A stretch of 64,000 nucleotides of DNA. It comes from Actinomycetota bacterium. GTDB lineage: Bacteria; Actinomycetota; Actinomycetes; S36-B12; UBA10799. The first letter of the stretch is position 1, and every line of letters begins with the position of its first letter. A model generated the notes under the pieces. The model was given only the letters and a program-made list of their open reading frames with translations, was not told where the DNA came from and searched no databases. This document shows, one piece after another, positions 9,543 through 19,960 of the stretch. The translations under genes and the position numbers were made by a program. The DNA lies in the NCBI GenBank assembly GCA_020637055.1, contig JACJWR010000004.1, positions 182,437 through 246,436 on the forward strand. The letters run 5' to 3'.

Positions 9543-11044
9543 CCGGGGACGTCCTCGATCCAGGTCCGGCAATCGCGGACCTGGTCGGCTACGCCATTAC
9601 CACCGGGCTGGTGGCCGATGGCGACGCGCGCTGGGCGGTGAACCGGATCATCGAAGTGCTGCGCCTTGATGATGTGGGCACGTATCACGGGCCCACGATC
9701 GCTCCGCCTCCGCCCACGGCCGACGACGCACTTGCCGGGGCCCTCGACCTTGGCGTGGCGACGGGTTTGATCGAGGACACGGCCGGCCGACGCGACCTGC
9801 TCGACGCCGCTCTGATGGGCGCGTTGATGGCGCCGCCGAGTGTGGTGACGGCGGAGTTCTGGCATCGCTACGCAGCGGCACCCGAGGCGGCGACGGACTA
9901 CTTCTACCGTCTCAGCGAGATGTCCAACTACATCCACGCCGCCCGGGTCGCGCGGAACCCGCGTTGGGTCTACCCCAGTCGGTACGGCGACCTCGATATG
10001 ACGATCAACCTGGCCAAGCCGGAAAAGGATCCACGCGACATCATCGCCGCCGGCAAGGCGGCCGCCAGCGGCTATCCGACGTGCCTGCTGTGCCCGGAGA
10101 ACGAGGGATACGCCGGCCGACTCGACCACCCGGGTCGGCAGAACCTCCGGTTGATCGAATTGGAACTGGCGGGTAGCCCGTGGTTTTTCCAATACTCGCC
10201 CTACGTCTACTACCCGGAACACTGCATCGTGCTCTCGGCCGCACATGAGCCGATGCGACTCACCCGCGTCACCTTCACCCGGCTGCTGCAATTCGTCGAC
10301 CAGTTCGGCGCCTACTTCATCGGTTCGAACGCGGACCTGCCGATCGTGGGGGGGTCGATCCTCTCCCACGACCACTTCCAGGGCGGCAGGTACGAATTCC
10401 CCATCGAACGGGCGGCCGCGGTGGCAGAGCTCGAGGCGCCGCACCGGATGCGGGCGCAGGTCGTGGACTGGCCGCTGAGCGTGCTTCGGATCACCGGCTC
10501 CGACCCCGAGCTGCTGGCAGATACCGGCTTCGCGGTGCTGGAGGCCTGGCGCGGCCACGACGTGCCGGCGACCGGCGTCCGGGCGTGGACCGGCGACACC
10601 CCTCACAACACAGTGACCCCCATCGCTCGCCGAGCCGGATCGGACTTCCAACTCGATGTGGTGCTCCGGAACAACCGCACCAGCGCCCAACATCCGGACG
10701 GTATCTTCCATCCGCATGCCGAGATCCACCCGGTGAAGAAGGAGAACATCGGTCTGATCGAAGTGATGGGTCTGGCGGTGCTGCCTGCCCGGCTTGCGGC
10801 CGACATCCCGCGGTTGGCCGCCGCCCATGCCGGGGAAGTGGAATTGGCCGACGACTTGGCGGCGCACCGTCCGATGCTGGATGCGATTCCGGTCGGATCG
10901 CTCGATGCCGAGCAGGCGGTGAGGTCGGCGGTGGGCGCCTACTTCACCGCGGGACTCGAACACTGCGCCGTCCTCGGCCCGGCGTCCTCGTCAGTGCCGT
11001 ATTGGGCGGAGTTGCTTGCGCCACTCGGCTTCCGCCCGGTCTGA
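9539..11044 (+). CDS. galT: UDP-glucose--hexose-1-phosphate uridylyltransferase, type 2 (long Gram-positive form)
   Basis: About 500 aa. The motif ADLPIVGGSILSHDHFQGG is characteristic of type-2 GalT. The GTG start overlaps the galK stop (GTGA). Confidence 0.88.
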   Translation: MTGDVLDPGPAIADLVGYAITTGLVADGDARWAVNRIIEVLRLDDVGTYHGPTIAPPPPTADDALAGALDLGVATGLIEDTAGRRDLLDAALMGALMAPPSVVTAEFWHRYAAAPEAATDYFYRLSEMSNYIHAARVARNPRWVYPSRYGDLDMTINLAKPEKDPRDIIAAGKAAASGYPTCLLCPENEGYAGRLDHPGRQNLRLIELELAGSPWFFQYSPYVYYPEHCIVLSAAHEPMRLTRVTFTRLLQFVDQFGAYFIGSNADLPIVGGSILSHDHFQGGRYEFPIERAAAVAELEAPHRMRAQVVDWPLSVLRITGSDPELLADTGFAVLEAWRGHDVPATGVRAWTGDTPHNTVTPIARRAGSDFQLDVVLRNNRTSAQHPDGIFHPHAEIHPVKKENIGLIEVMGLAVLPARLAADIPRLAAAHAGEVELADDLAAHRPMLDAIPVGSLDAEQAVRSAVGAYFTAGLEHCAVLGPASSSVPYWAELLAPLGFRPV

Positions 11045-11062
11045 GGCGAGTCGTCAACCCGC

Positions 11063-11103
11063 CGGTCGGACCCGCGACCGCGTGGGGAACACGGGTCCGA
11101 CCG
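11063..11103. terminator. hairpin between convergent galT and peroxiredoxin genes
   Basis: Perfect 12-bp stem cggtcggacccg / cgggtccgaccg (11063-11074 and 11092-11103) with a 17-nt loop. There is no clear U-tract. Confidence 0.45.
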
Positions 11104-11133
11104 TCGTGGGCAGCGCCGGAACGCGCTGTGGGG

Positions 11134-11784
11134 CTACAGCGACTTCGTCGCCAGGTACCAGTCCTTCTTCGTCAGCGTCTCGTCGGCCTTGCGCTCCTCG
11201 AGCGCCTCGGCGGTGCGCGGTGCACCCACCACGACGTCGTCCCCGGGGCGCCAGTTCGCGGGGCAGGAGACGGTGTTCGCATCTGCGGTCTGCAGCGCAT
11301 CCACGAGCCGGACGATCTCGTCGATGTTGCGGCCGGCGTTCATCGGGTAGTAGATGACGGCCCGGATCTTGCGCGTCGGATCGATCACGAACACGGCCCG
11401 CACGGCCGCGGTGTCACCGCCCTCACCCGGGTGGATCATGCCGTAGGCGTGGGAGACCTTGAGATCGAGGTCGGCGATGATCGGGAAGGGGATCTTGACG
11501 CCCTGCTTCTCTTCGATCGCGTTGACCCAGGCGAGGTGGGAGAAGATCGAGTCGACCGAGTTGCCGATCAGTTGCACGTTGCGTTCCGCGAAGTCGTCGG
11601 CCCGCTCGGCGAATCCGATGAACTCGGTGGTGCACACCGGGGTGAAGTCGGCCGGGTGGGAGAAGAGCACGATCCACTTGCCCTCGTAGTCGTCGAGGGT
11701 GAGGGGGCCGTGGGTGGACTCGCTGTTGATGGCGGGTGCCTGGTCGCCGATGCGAGGCAGGGACACCGTTGGGGTTTCGCTCAT
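11134..11784 (-). CDS. peroxiredoxin (Prx6/1-Cys-like AhpC/TSA family)
   Basis: Contains WIVLFSHPADFTPVCTTEF with the peroxidatic Cys. I chose ATG 11784 because of aggaaag about 9 nt upstream; the track start at 11817 is also possible. Confidence 0.9.
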   Translation of the reverse strand: MSETPTVSLPRIGDQAPAINSESTHGPLTLDDYEGKWIVLFSHPADFTPVCTTEFIGFAERADDFAERNVQLIGNSVDSIFSHLAWVNAIEEKQGVKIPFPIIADLDLKVSHAYGMIHPGEGGDTAAVRAVFVIDPTRKIRAVIYYPMNAGRNIDEIVRLVDALQTADANTVSCPANWRPGDDVVVGAPRTAEALEERKADETLTKKDWYLATKSL

Positions 11785-11995
11785 TTCGGGTTGCTTTCCT
11801 GTTCGGAGTAGTGACAAACGACAAATCGGCGCCGACGGGTCGGAAGACCCATCAGACGCCGACGGCTGAGTGCATCGTGCACGCGATCAGGCGCGCCCTC
11901 GCTCGGAAGCCGTCGGAGGAATCCGACGACAACAGGTGGAGAACGCGGCCATGGCAGAACCCTATGACCCCCCTGATCCACGTCACGTCACCGGG

Positions 11996-12847
11996 TCATG
12001 CCTCGGCCGCGGACGCCCCGTACGTCGCGAGGTGGTCGAGCAGCGCCGCGCTGACGTCGTCCACTGCTTGCTCCGGCAGCCAGTGTCCGGCGTCGGGCAG
12101 GATCACGAACTCGTACGGCCCGGTCACGTAGTCGGCGGTGGCCAGGGCGCCGGCCTCGCCGAGGGCCGGGTCGCGTCGGCCCCAGATGTAGAGCGTCGGC
12201 ACCTCGATGCGGTGCATCGGCAGCGATGGCTTCACCACGTCCCGGGGCATCGCCCGGTACCAGTTCAGCATCGCGGTGAGCGCACCCGGCTCGGCGACGT
12301 TCGCCGTGTAGCGGGCGACCGAATCGGCCGGCAGCCCCCGCATCACGGCCCGCCACATCGGCCGGGACGGCGCGAGCAGAGTTTCGGCCAGGTGCGGCAC
12401 CTGGAACAGGCCCATGTACCAGGACTTCAGGCCCTGGGTGCTGCGGATCATGGCCCGCTGCATGGCCGCCGGGTGGGGGGTGGAGAGCACGGTGAGGGAT
12501 CGGACTCGCGCGGGAGCGTCGGAGGCGAGCGCCCAGGCCACGGCACCACCCCAGTCGTGGCCGACAACGTGGGCTCGGTCGATGTCCAGCGCATCGAGCA
12601 GGCCGGTGACGTCTGAGGTCAACGGACCTAGCCGGTATTCCGCCACCCCCTTCGGACGCGCGCCGGGGGAGTAGCCCCGCTGATCCGGTGCCACCGTGCG
12701 GTATCCGGCCGCATTCAGGCGTTCGGTCAGCGGGCGCCAGCAGGTCCGGTCCTGGGGGAACCCGTGCAGCAGGACGACAACTTCGCCGTCCTGCGGACCG
12801 CTGATATCCACGTCGAAGTCGAATCCATTCACCGGCACCGTCGTCAT
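11996..12847 (-). CDS. alpha/beta-fold hydrolase (epoxide hydrolase / haloalkane dehalogenase-like)
   Basis: 283 aa with LLHGFPQ, APDQRGYS and the nucleophile elbow VGHDWGG (Asp nucleophile type). Confidence 0.85.
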   Translation of the reverse strand: MTTVPVNGFDFDVDISGPQDGEVVVLLHGFPQDRTCWRPLTERLNAAGYRTVAPDQRGYSPGARPKGVAEYRLGPLTSDVTGLLDALDIDRAHVVGHDWGGAVAWALASDAPARVRSLTVLSTPHPAAMQRAMIRSTQGLKSWYMGLFQVPHLAETLLAPSRPMWRAVMRGLPADSVARYTANVAEPGALTAMLNWYRAMPRDVVKPSLPMHRIEVPTLYIWGRRDPALGEAGALATADYVTGPYEFVILPDAGHWLPEQAVDDVSAALLDHLATYGASAAEA

Positions 12848-12941
12848 GCCCGCCAGGGTACGCCCGCTCGGCGCCGACCGGCATGCCCACGCAGCGGTCG
12901 GCCGCAGGATCGGGACGACCCGGATGCCAGGCTAGTGACCC

Positions 12942-13328
12942 ATGACCGCTCGTGCCGCTCCCGATTCCCCGCCGAGGCGTGGCCGGTGGCGGCCGTGGGC
13001 CTCCGTGCTGGCAACCGTGTTGATCCTCGGTCTGCTCATGGTTCCGGGTCCGTCGGTGCCCGACGTCGGTTTCGACGGCATCGATTTCGTCGCCCACGTG
13101 GTGCTCTTCGGTGTGTGGGCGACGGCAGTGCAGTGGGAGTTCGACCCGCCGCTCAGGGTGCTGCTCGGGTGGGCCGCGGTATTCGCCTTGGGCACGGAGT
13201 TGCTGCAGACGCTGGCGATCGAGCGCACCTTCTCGGTGGCAGACATCGCGGCAGACCTCACGGGGGTACTGCTGGCAGCAGCCGGGTGGAGGCTGCTGCG
13301 TCGGACGTCACTCCAGGCTGGCGAATAG
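12942..13328 (+). CDS. VanZ-like family membrane protein
   Basis: 128 aa with 3-4 TM helices. It shows the VanZ-type pattern D..F.AH...F, then E..Q, then R..S..D...D..G. Confidence 0.6.
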   Translation: MTARAAPDSPPRRGRWRPWASVLATVLILGLLMVPGPSVPDVGFDGIDFVAHVVLFGVWATAVQWEFDPPLRVLLGWAAVFALGTELLQTLAIERTFSVADIAADLTGVLLAAAGWRLLRRTSLQAGE

Positions 13329-14633
13329 CTCTCGCGCCTGGGCGGAATCCCACTTCAGCGCGGATTGGCCATCGACATCGAAGGTGCCTTCTTCCGTCGG
13401 CACGGTGGTCGAGGTGCCCCAACCGAGCGACAGCATGCCCATCGCGATTCCGATGCGGGTGATGTCGAAGATGTTGGTGCCGCGGGAGACGGTCAGCGAC
13501 TCACCGGCCGCGTAGGCAGTGGGGTAGGACCGCCACGGCAGCATCCAGGTGAGCGGGCTGAGCGCCTTCTTCCCGACCGCGGAGACGAATTCCTGTTGGC
13601 GTTCCACCCGGCCGAGATCGCCGCGCGGATCGGCGTACCGCATGCGCACGTACGCCAGGGCGGTCGGGCCGTCCATGGTCTGGCACCCGGCGACGACGTT
13701 GAGTCCGCTGAATTCGTCGTTGAAGTCCTGCACCGGGCACAGGGTGACCCCGCCGAGCGCGTCGGTGGTGTTGGCGATGCCGGCGAATCCGATCGCCACG
13801 AAGTCGGTGACCTGCAGCCCCGTCACCTGTTCGACCGTCTCGATGAGCAACTCCGGACCGCCGAGCGCGTAGGCGGCATTGATCTTGTCGTTGCCGAATC
13901 CGGGGATCGGCACCCAGGAATCTCGCGGAATCGAGACCAGCGTCGGCGTCCCGAAAGTCGGGATGTGCAGCAGCATGATCGCGTCGGTGCGGTCGCCCTC
14001 GACTGAACCGGTGGTCAACTGCTCCTGCTGCTCGGCGGTCAGTCCCGCGCGGCTGTCGCTACCGACGATGAGCACGTTCTTCCCGCTGGTATTCACGCTG
14101 CTCGTCGGCGGCAGGGCGTCGATTCGGTTGACCGAAAGCATGAACAGCGCGGCCAGAGAGACGAAGTAGGCGACCAGCGCCAGCACCACCCACCGAAGCC
14201 AGCGGCGCTTGCGTTTCCCCGACTTCCGACCCGGGGGCTTCTTGGCCGGGCCAGGCGGTGTGCGTCCCGGAGTGACTGGCGGCGGCACTGCCGGCGGGAC
14301 TGCTGCGCGCGGGGAGTTCGGAGGTGGAGCGGGCGGGGTCGCGGCCCTGCCTGGTGCCGGGATCACTGGGATTGGGCGCGGCTTCGACTCGGCCGGGTCA
14401 TTCGCGATCACCGCGGTGGCGTCGGCGTCCTCGGGCTGCGGAAGGGCGCGTGTGCTGTCGTCGTCATCCTCGGGTCGCAAGAAGGACTCGAACTCCGGTG
14501 GCAGCGCGTTCACCAGATCATGGTGCCCTGTCCCGCTCGATCCATACAGCCCTTTCCAGACGAAGACGGGGTATTCATCGACCGCGGGCCGGTTTCTTAC
14601 CCAACTCGTGCAGGCGCCGAACGCAAGGTTCAC
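13308..14633 (-). CDS. LCP (LytR-CpsA-Psr) family cell-wall glycopolymer ligase
   Basis: The LCP core is present (NVLIVGSDSR, DRTDAIMLLHIP, LVSIPRDSWVPIPG, KINAAYALGGPELL). It is preceded by a Pro-rich cytoplasmic region and one TM helix. The start is uncertain (GTG 14633 or an internal start). Confidence 0.85.
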   Translation of the reverse strand: MNLAFGACTSWVRNRPAVDEYPVFVWKGLYGSSGTGHHDLVNALPPEFESFLRPEDDDDSTRALPQPEDADATAVIANDPAESKPRPIPVIPAPGRAATPPAPPPNSPRAAVPPAVPPPVTPGRTPPGPAKKPPGRKSGKRKRRWLRWVVLALVAYFVSLAALFMLSVNRIDALPPTSSVNTSGKNVLIVGSDSRAGLTAEQQEQLTTGSVEGDRTDAIMLLHIPTFGTPTLVSIPRDSWVPIPGFGNDKINAAYALGGPELLIETVEQVTGLQVTDFVAIGFAGIANTTDALGGVTLCPVQDFNDEFSGLNVVAGCQTMDGPTALAYVRMRYADPRGDLGRVERQQEFVSAVGKKALSPLTWMLPWRSYPTAYAAGESLTVSRGTNIFDITRIGIAMGMLSLGWGTSTTVPTEEGTFDVDGQSALKWDSAQARELFASLE

Positions 14634-14720
14634 CGATACCCAGGAGACGCGGTTGCCGTGCCGGCTGCACCCATTCGGCGTCAGGTGCTCGGGGCATCGT
14701 CGCCATCGGCGACGCAGGTG

Positions 14721-14795
14721 TGGTGCCCCCGGCAGGATTCGAACCTGCGCACATGGCTCCGGAGGCCACTGCTCTATCCCCTGAGCTACGGGGGC
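14721..14795 (-). tRNA. tRNA-Arg (anticodon CCG), CCA encoded
   Basis: The minus strand reads GCCCCCGTAGCTCAGGGGATAGAGCAGTGGCCTCCGGAGCCATGTGCGCAGGTTCGAATCCTGCCGGGGGCACCA. It folds into a cloverleaf with a 7-bp acceptor stem GCCCCCG/CGGGGGC, anticodon loop CTCCGGA and T-arm GCAGG-TTCGAAT-CCTGC. Confidence 0.92.
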
Positions 14796-14885
14796 GCAGG
14801 GGTGCTTATCGCAAGGATGACCCTACCAGCAGACTCGCCAACGGCAGTGGTGCGGCCGGGCTTGGATGGATGCCAGAGTTGGGGC

Positions 14886-15506
14886 ATGACCGAAGTGCTT
14901 TCCCGGCGGCGTCCGACGCGGGCGATCGCTGCCATGTTGCTCGCGTTCCCGGCGTCGCTGCTGGCGCTCGGCGGCTGCGCAACCCTGTTGACGGATGACG
15001 GAACCACTCGGATCGGGACCCTCGAACCGGGTCCGGCGACACAGGGCAGCAACTTCTTCGGCGTCTCCTTCGAACCATGCACGGGAATCGAACTGGAGGG
15101 CTACCCGCCGTTCCTCGCCAGAGCCTCCTACGACTACTACCAAGGACCATGGTGTGCCAGCCAGGGCGACACCCGCACTTACCTGTGGGCCTACGCCCGG
15201 CCGATGAGCAGTGAGCAGTCGGCGGCCTCGATCAACCAGGACGTTCTGGCCGACGCCGACCAGATGGCGCTCGACCTCGAGGCGCAGGGCTACCAGCGGG
15301 TCTGCGGTGTCGCCGACCCTGGAGTGAGGATCGACGCCGGCTTCGAGAGCGCCGCTGAGGCGACGCGGATACGGCTGGCCAACCGCGGTCAGGTGGCTGA
15401 TCCGCCACAGGCGACGAGCACCGAACCCCCGGCCCTGCTGGTCTCGGTGTCGCCTGCGACCCGTGCCCCCAGCGTGCCGGAGGGTGCGTACGCGCCGCCC
15501 TGCTGA
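14886..15506 (+). CDS. putative lipoprotein, function unknown
   Basis: From ATG 14886 the N-terminus is MTEVLSRRRPTRAIAAMLLAFPASLLALGGC, a signal peptide plus lipobox (LALGGC). The 5' part of the track ORF overlaps the tRNA and is not coding. Confidence 0.6.
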   Translation: MTEVLSRRRPTRAIAAMLLAFPASLLALGGCATLLTDDGTTRIGTLEPGPATQGSNFFGVSFEPCTGIELEGYPPFLARASYDYYQGPWCASQGDTRTYLWAYARPMSSEQSAASINQDVLADADQMALDLEAQGYQRVCGVADPGVRIDAGFESAAEATRIRLANRGQVADPPQATSTEPPALLVSVSPATRAPSVPEGAYAPPC

Positions 15507-15535
15507 GCCATCTGCGACCTCAGTAGGCTGGGCGC

Positions 15536-17203
15536 ATGACTCCTGAGGCCCTTGCAGCAGTGATCCGCGACGCCGTGGTCGCGGCGGTCGCCTCCGGGCA
15601 ACTGCCGCTCGGGGCCGATGCAGTGCCCGACGACATCGTGGTCGAACGGCCGCGCAACCCGGACCACGGGGACTATGCGACGAACGTGGCCATGCGACTC
15701 GCGAAGCCGGCCGGTATGGCGCCTCGAGCGCTGGCCGAGGTCTTGGCCGCCGGGATCGAGGCCGCCCCAGGGGTTGCGAGCGCGACGGTCGCCGGCCCGG
15801 GTTTCATCAACATCACCCTCGAGGCGGCGGCGGCCGGGCAGATCGCGGCCGAGGTGATCGCGGCCGGCGCGGATTTTGGTCGCTCCGATTCGCTCGCCGG
15901 GGTGAAGGTGAATGTGGAGTACATCTCGGCGAACCCGACCGGTCCGCTGCATCTGGGGCACACCCGATGGGCCGCCGTCGGAGACGCGTTGGCCAGGGTG
16001 CTCAGCGCTGCCGGGGCCGAGGTCACCCGCGAGTTCTACATCAACGACCGCGGTGTCCAGATGGACCGATTCGGCGAATCCCTGCTGGCGGCGGCCAAGG
16101 GGCGGCCAGCTCCGACGGACGGCTACCACGGCGGCTACATCGTTGAACTCGCCGCGGAGATAGTCCGGGATCGGCCGGAACTGCTCGAACTGCCGGAGCC
16201 GGAGGCGATGGTGGAGTTCCGGGAGGAGGGCTACCAACGGCAGCGGGCCCAGCAGGAGGCGGTCCTGGAGGTCTTCCGCACCCACTTCGACGTCTGGTAT
16301 TCGGAGCGCCACCTTCACGAGAGCGGTGCCGTCGAACGAGGACTGGCCACCCTTGAGGCGCAGGGACATCTGTACCGGGCCGACGACGCATTGTGGTTGC
16401 GCACCACCGACTTCGGAGACGACAAGGACCGGGTGCTGATCAAGGGCGACGGCGAATTGACCTACTTCTCTTCGGACAGCGCCTACTACGTCGACAAGAG
16501 ATCCCGCGGCTTCGACATCAACATCTACCTGCTCGGTGCCGACCACCACGGCTACGTGGGCCGGCTCAAGGCCCTCGCGGCCTGCGCCGGCGACGACCCG
16601 GACTACAACATCGAGGTACTCATCGGTCAACTCGTGAAGATCTATCGCGGCGGTGAGGAGGTGCGCCTGTCCAAGCGGGCCGGCGAGATCGTCACACTGG
16701 AGGATCTCGTCGACGAGGTGGGTGTGGACGCGGCCCGGTATTCGCTCATCCGGTATCCGGCCGACTCGCCGCTGACGCTGGACTTGGACTTGCTGCTCAA
16801 GCGCAGCAACGACAACCCCGTCTTCTATGTGCAGTACGCCCACGCGCGCATCTCGTCGGTGCTCCGTCACGCGGCCGACCTCGGCATCGACTGGTCGAAT
16901 GCCGAATTCGACGCCGGCCTGCTGCAGCACCCGCGTGAGGGCGATCTACTGGGAGTGATCGCGGAGTTGCCCGGCACGGTGGCCTCGGCGGCTGAACTGC
17001 GCGAGCCCCACCGGGTCGCCCGCTACCTGGAGGAACTGGCCACCGCCTACCACAAGTTCTACGACTCCTGCCGGGTGCTGCCGCGGGCTGACGAGGAACT
17101 CACGGACACCAACATCGCGCGCCTCTGGCTCTGCGCCGCCGCCCGGCAGACGCTGGCGAACGGACTCGACTTGTTGGGCGTCGACGCTCCGGAGCGGATG
17201 TGA
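15536..17203 (+). CDS. argS: arginine--tRNA ligase
   Basis: 555-aa class-I aaRS with the HIGH-type motif (SANPTGPLHLGH) and an ArgRS anticodon-binding C-terminus ending in M. Confidence 0.95.
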   Translation: MTPEALAAVIRDAVVAAVASGQLPLGADAVPDDIVVERPRNPDHGDYATNVAMRLAKPAGMAPRALAEVLAAGIEAAPGVASATVAGPGFINITLEAAAAGQIAAEVIAAGADFGRSDSLAGVKVNVEYISANPTGPLHLGHTRWAAVGDALARVLSAAGAEVTREFYINDRGVQMDRFGESLLAAAKGRPAPTDGYHGGYIVELAAEIVRDRPELLELPEPEAMVEFREEGYQRQRAQQEAVLEVFRTHFDVWYSERHLHESGAVERGLATLEAQGHLYRADDALWLRTTDFGDDKDRVLIKGDGELTYFSSDSAYYVDKRSRGFDINIYLLGADHHGYVGRLKALAACAGDDPDYNIEVLIGQLVKIYRGGEEVRLSKRAGEIVTLEDLVDEVGVDAARYSLIRYPADSPLTLDLDLLLKRSNDNPVFYVQYAHARISSVLRHAADLGIDWSNAEFDAGLLQHPREGDLLGVIAELPGTVASAAELREPHRVARYLEELATAYHKFYDSCRVLPRADEELTDTNIARLWLCAAARQTLANGLDLLGVDAPERM

Positions 17204-18621
17204 GCCGGGCGCACCCGGCCGGGCCGCTGCACGGCGACCTGGTCACCACCAGCGAGGTGTCGGCTCCGCCGAACACCGCCGTCAGCGCCGAACTCGACCC
17301 CCTCACCTGGTCGGCGAACGTGGCCCGCGGCGAGTCCGGTCAGGTGACCGTCGCCGGCATCCCGGTGGGTGAGCTGTCTGACGACTACGGCACCCCGCTG
17401 TTCGTGCTCGACGAGGCGGATCTGCGGTCCCGAGCGCGCAAGTACGTCGAAGCGTTCCGCGGCTCCGCTGCCGAGGTGGACGTCTACTACGCCTCCAAAG
17501 CGTTCCTGAGTTCCACCGTGGCCCGTTGGGTGACTGCGGAGGGCATGCGCCTCGACGTCTGCACCGGCGGTGAACTCGCGCTCGCGTTGCGCAGCGGCGT
17601 TCCCGGGGAGCAACTGCTGTTCCACGGCAATAACAAGTCGGCCGCCGAACTCGACGCCAGCCTCGCCGCGGGGGTCTCCCGCATCGTCGTGGACTCGTTC
17701 GACGAGATAGAGATGCTCGCCCGGATCGCCCGCGAGCGTCAGGTGGTGGCGCCGGTGCTGGTGCGGGTCACGCTGGGGGTGGAGGCGCATACCCACGAGT
17801 TCATCGCCACCGCCCACGAGGATCAGAAGTTCGGATTCTCGCTCGCCTCCGGGCGGGCCCTGCAGGCCGTCGAGCGGGTGCTGGCCGAGGAGCACCTCGA
17901 ACTGGTGGGGATCCACAGCCACATCGGGTCGCAGATCTTCGTCGCTTCCGGCTTCGAGGTGGCTGCGGGCCGCGCCGCATCGTTCCTGGCGAAGATCCGC
18001 GACGAATATTCGGTGGTGATCGGTGAACTCAACCTCGGCGGGGGTTTGGGAATCCGGTACACCGCCGACGATGCCCCGATCGACATCGGCGAGATGGCCC
18101 CGCACCTGGTGGAGCTTGTGGCTTCCGAGTGCGCCCGGCGAGGGTTCCCGATGCCTCGGCTGGCATTCGAACCGGGTCGTGCGATCGTCGGACCGTCGAC
18201 CTTGACGCTCTATCGGGTCGGAACCGTCAAACGACGCAGCCTGGAGGGTGGCGGATCACGGGTGTACGTCAGCGTCGACGGCGGAATGAGCGACAACATC
18301 CGCACCGCGTTGTACGACGCCGACTACACCGTGACGCTGGCCAACCGGGTGTCGGATGCGGCTGCGGTGCGGGCGCGGGTGGTCGGCAAGCATTGTGAGA
18401 GCGGCGACATCGTGGTTCGCAACGCGTGGTTGCCGGCCGACATCGCCCCGGGCGATCTGCTCGCGGTGGCCGCGACGGGAGCCTACAACCGTTCCATGGC
18501 CAGCAACTACAACCTCGTCACCAGACCTGCCGTCGTGAGCGTGGCGGACGGCCGGAGCGCCGTGGTGCTGCGGCGCGAAACTCTGGACGACCTCTTCGCA
18601 ACCGACCCAGGATTGGCGTGA
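17200..18621 (+). CDS. lysA: diaminopimelate decarboxylase
   Basis: 473-aa PLP fold-III decarboxylase (YASKAF Lys region, GGGLGI, CESGD). The start overlaps the argS stop. Confidence 0.93.
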   Translation: MSRAHPAGPLHGDLVTTSEVSAPPNTAVSAELDPLTWSANVARGESGQVTVAGIPVGELSDDYGTPLFVLDEADLRSRARKYVEAFRGSAAEVDVYYASKAFLSSTVARWVTAEGMRLDVCTGGELALALRSGVPGEQLLFHGNNKSAAELDASLAAGVSRIVVDSFDEIEMLARIARERQVVAPVLVRVTLGVEAHTHEFIATAHEDQKFGFSLASGRALQAVERVLAEEHLELVGIHSHIGSQIFVASGFEVAAGRAASFLAKIRDEYSVVIGELNLGGGLGIRYTADDAPIDIGEMAPHLVELVASECARRGFPMPRLAFEPGRAIVGPSTLTLYRVGTVKRRSLEGGGSRVYVSVDGGMSDNIRTALYDADYTVTLANRVSDAAAVRARVVGKHCESGDIVVRNAWLPADIAPGDLLAVAATGAYNRSMASNYNLVTRPAVVSVADGRSAVVLRRETLDDLFATDPGLA

Positions 18622-18628
18622 GAACCTG

Positions 18629-19960
18629 ATGACCGTGACCGATTCACTCAAAGTCGCCATGCTCGGAGGCGGCGTCGTCGGCTCCCAGGTGGCGCGGTTG
18701 ATGGCTGAGAACGCCGACGACCTCGCAGCCCGCGCCGGTGCCCGCCTGGAACTGGTCGGAGTCGCCGTCCGCGACGCCTCCCGCCCGCGGGACGGCATCG
18801 ACGGTGCGCTGCTCACGGATGATCCGGCAGCCCTGGTGGCACGCGACGATGTGGATATCGTCATCGAGGTCATGGGCGGGCTGGAGCCGACCGCAGACCT
18901 CCTGCTCGCCGCTATGTCGCACGGGTCGAGTGTGGTGTCGGCGAACAAGGCGCTGATCGCGACCGAGGGTCCGATGCTGCACGCCGCGGCCGAGAACAAC
19001 TCCGTGGATCTCTACTACGAGGCTGCGGTCGCCGGCGCGATCCCGCTGCTGCGACCGTTGCGTGAGAGCCTGGTCGGGGACCGCGTGCGGCGGGTGCTGG
19101 GCATCGTCAACGGCACCACCAACTACATCCTCACGAAGATGGACGAGGAGGGGGCCGCCTACGACGACGTACTGGCCGAGGCGCAACGTCTGGGATACGC
19201 CGAAGCGGATCCGACCGCCGATGTGGAGGGCCTCGATGCGGCCGCGAAAGCCGCTATTCTCGCCGGTCTGGCTTTCCACTCGTCGGTTTCCCTCGACCAG
19301 GTGTCCTGTGAAGGTATTTCCCGGCTCAGCCAGGACGACATCGCGGCCGCCCGTGAAGCCGGATTCGTGGTCAAACTGCTCGCAGTGGCCGAACTTGTCG
19401 GCGACGCCGACGGCGAAGGCCCCGAGGCGGGAATCGTGGTTCGGGTACACCCGGCGATGGTGCCGAGGTCCCATCCGCTGGCGAGTGTGCGTGACGCCTA
19501 CAACGCCGTATTCGTTGAGGCCGAGGCGGCGGGTCAGGTGATGTTCTACGGTCGCGGTGCCGGTGGCGAACCCACCGCCAGCGCCATTCTGGGTGATGTG
19601 GTGGCAGTGGCCCGCAACCGACTGGCGGGCCGTCCCGGCCCCGGCCGATCGGACTACGCCGGCCTGACGGTGCTTCCGCTGGGCCGCGCGACCACCAGGT
19701 ATGCCGTCAGCCTCGTGGTGCACGACCGTCCCGGAGCGTTGGCAGCGGTGGCCCAGGTGTTCGCCGACGGCGGCGTCTCGCTGCAGAGTGTGCGCCAGGA
19801 AGGCGGACTCGAAGAGGGCGTGCCCGATGCTGGCCTGGTGGTGCGCACCCACCTGGCCAACGAGGCCGACCTGCGGGCCGTGGTCGAGCGACTGCGTGCC
19901 CTCGACGAGGTCAAGGAGATCGCCGGTGTGATCCGAGTCGAGGGAGGCCCGGACCTATGA
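18629..19960 (+). CDS. hom: homoserine dehydrogenase (with C-terminal ACT domain)
   Basis: 443 aa with the N-terminal GGGVVG Rossmann motif, NGTTNYIL and a C-terminal ACT-like region. Confidence 0.93.
   Translation: MTVTDSLKVAMLGGGVVGSQVARLMAENADDLAARAGARLELVGVAVRDASRPRDGIDGALLTDDPAALVARDDVDIVIEVMGGLEPTADLLLAAMSHGSSVVSANKALIATEGPMLHAAAENNSVDLYYEAAVAGAIPLLRPLRESLVGDRVRRVLGIVNGTTNYILTKMDEEGAAYDDVLAEAQRLGYAEADPTADVEGLDAAAKAAILAGLAFHSSVSLDQVSCEGISRLSQDDIAAAREAGFVVKLLAVAELVGDADGEGPEAGIVVRVHPAMVPRSHPLASVRDAYNAVFVEAEAAGQVMFYGRGAGGEPTASAILGDVVAVARNRLAGRPGPGRSDYAGLTVLPLGRATTRYAVSLVVHDRPGALAAVAQVFADGGVSLQSVRQEGGLEEGVPDAGLVVRTHLANEADLRAVVERLRALDEVKEIAGVIRVEGGPDL

Noticed and set aside
14634-14885. tRNA-Arg as a possible integration hotspot flanked by an island
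   Set aside because: There is no integrase, no direct repeat of the tRNA 3' end, and no compositional break that I could see on either side. The neighbours are ordinary cell-envelope genes.
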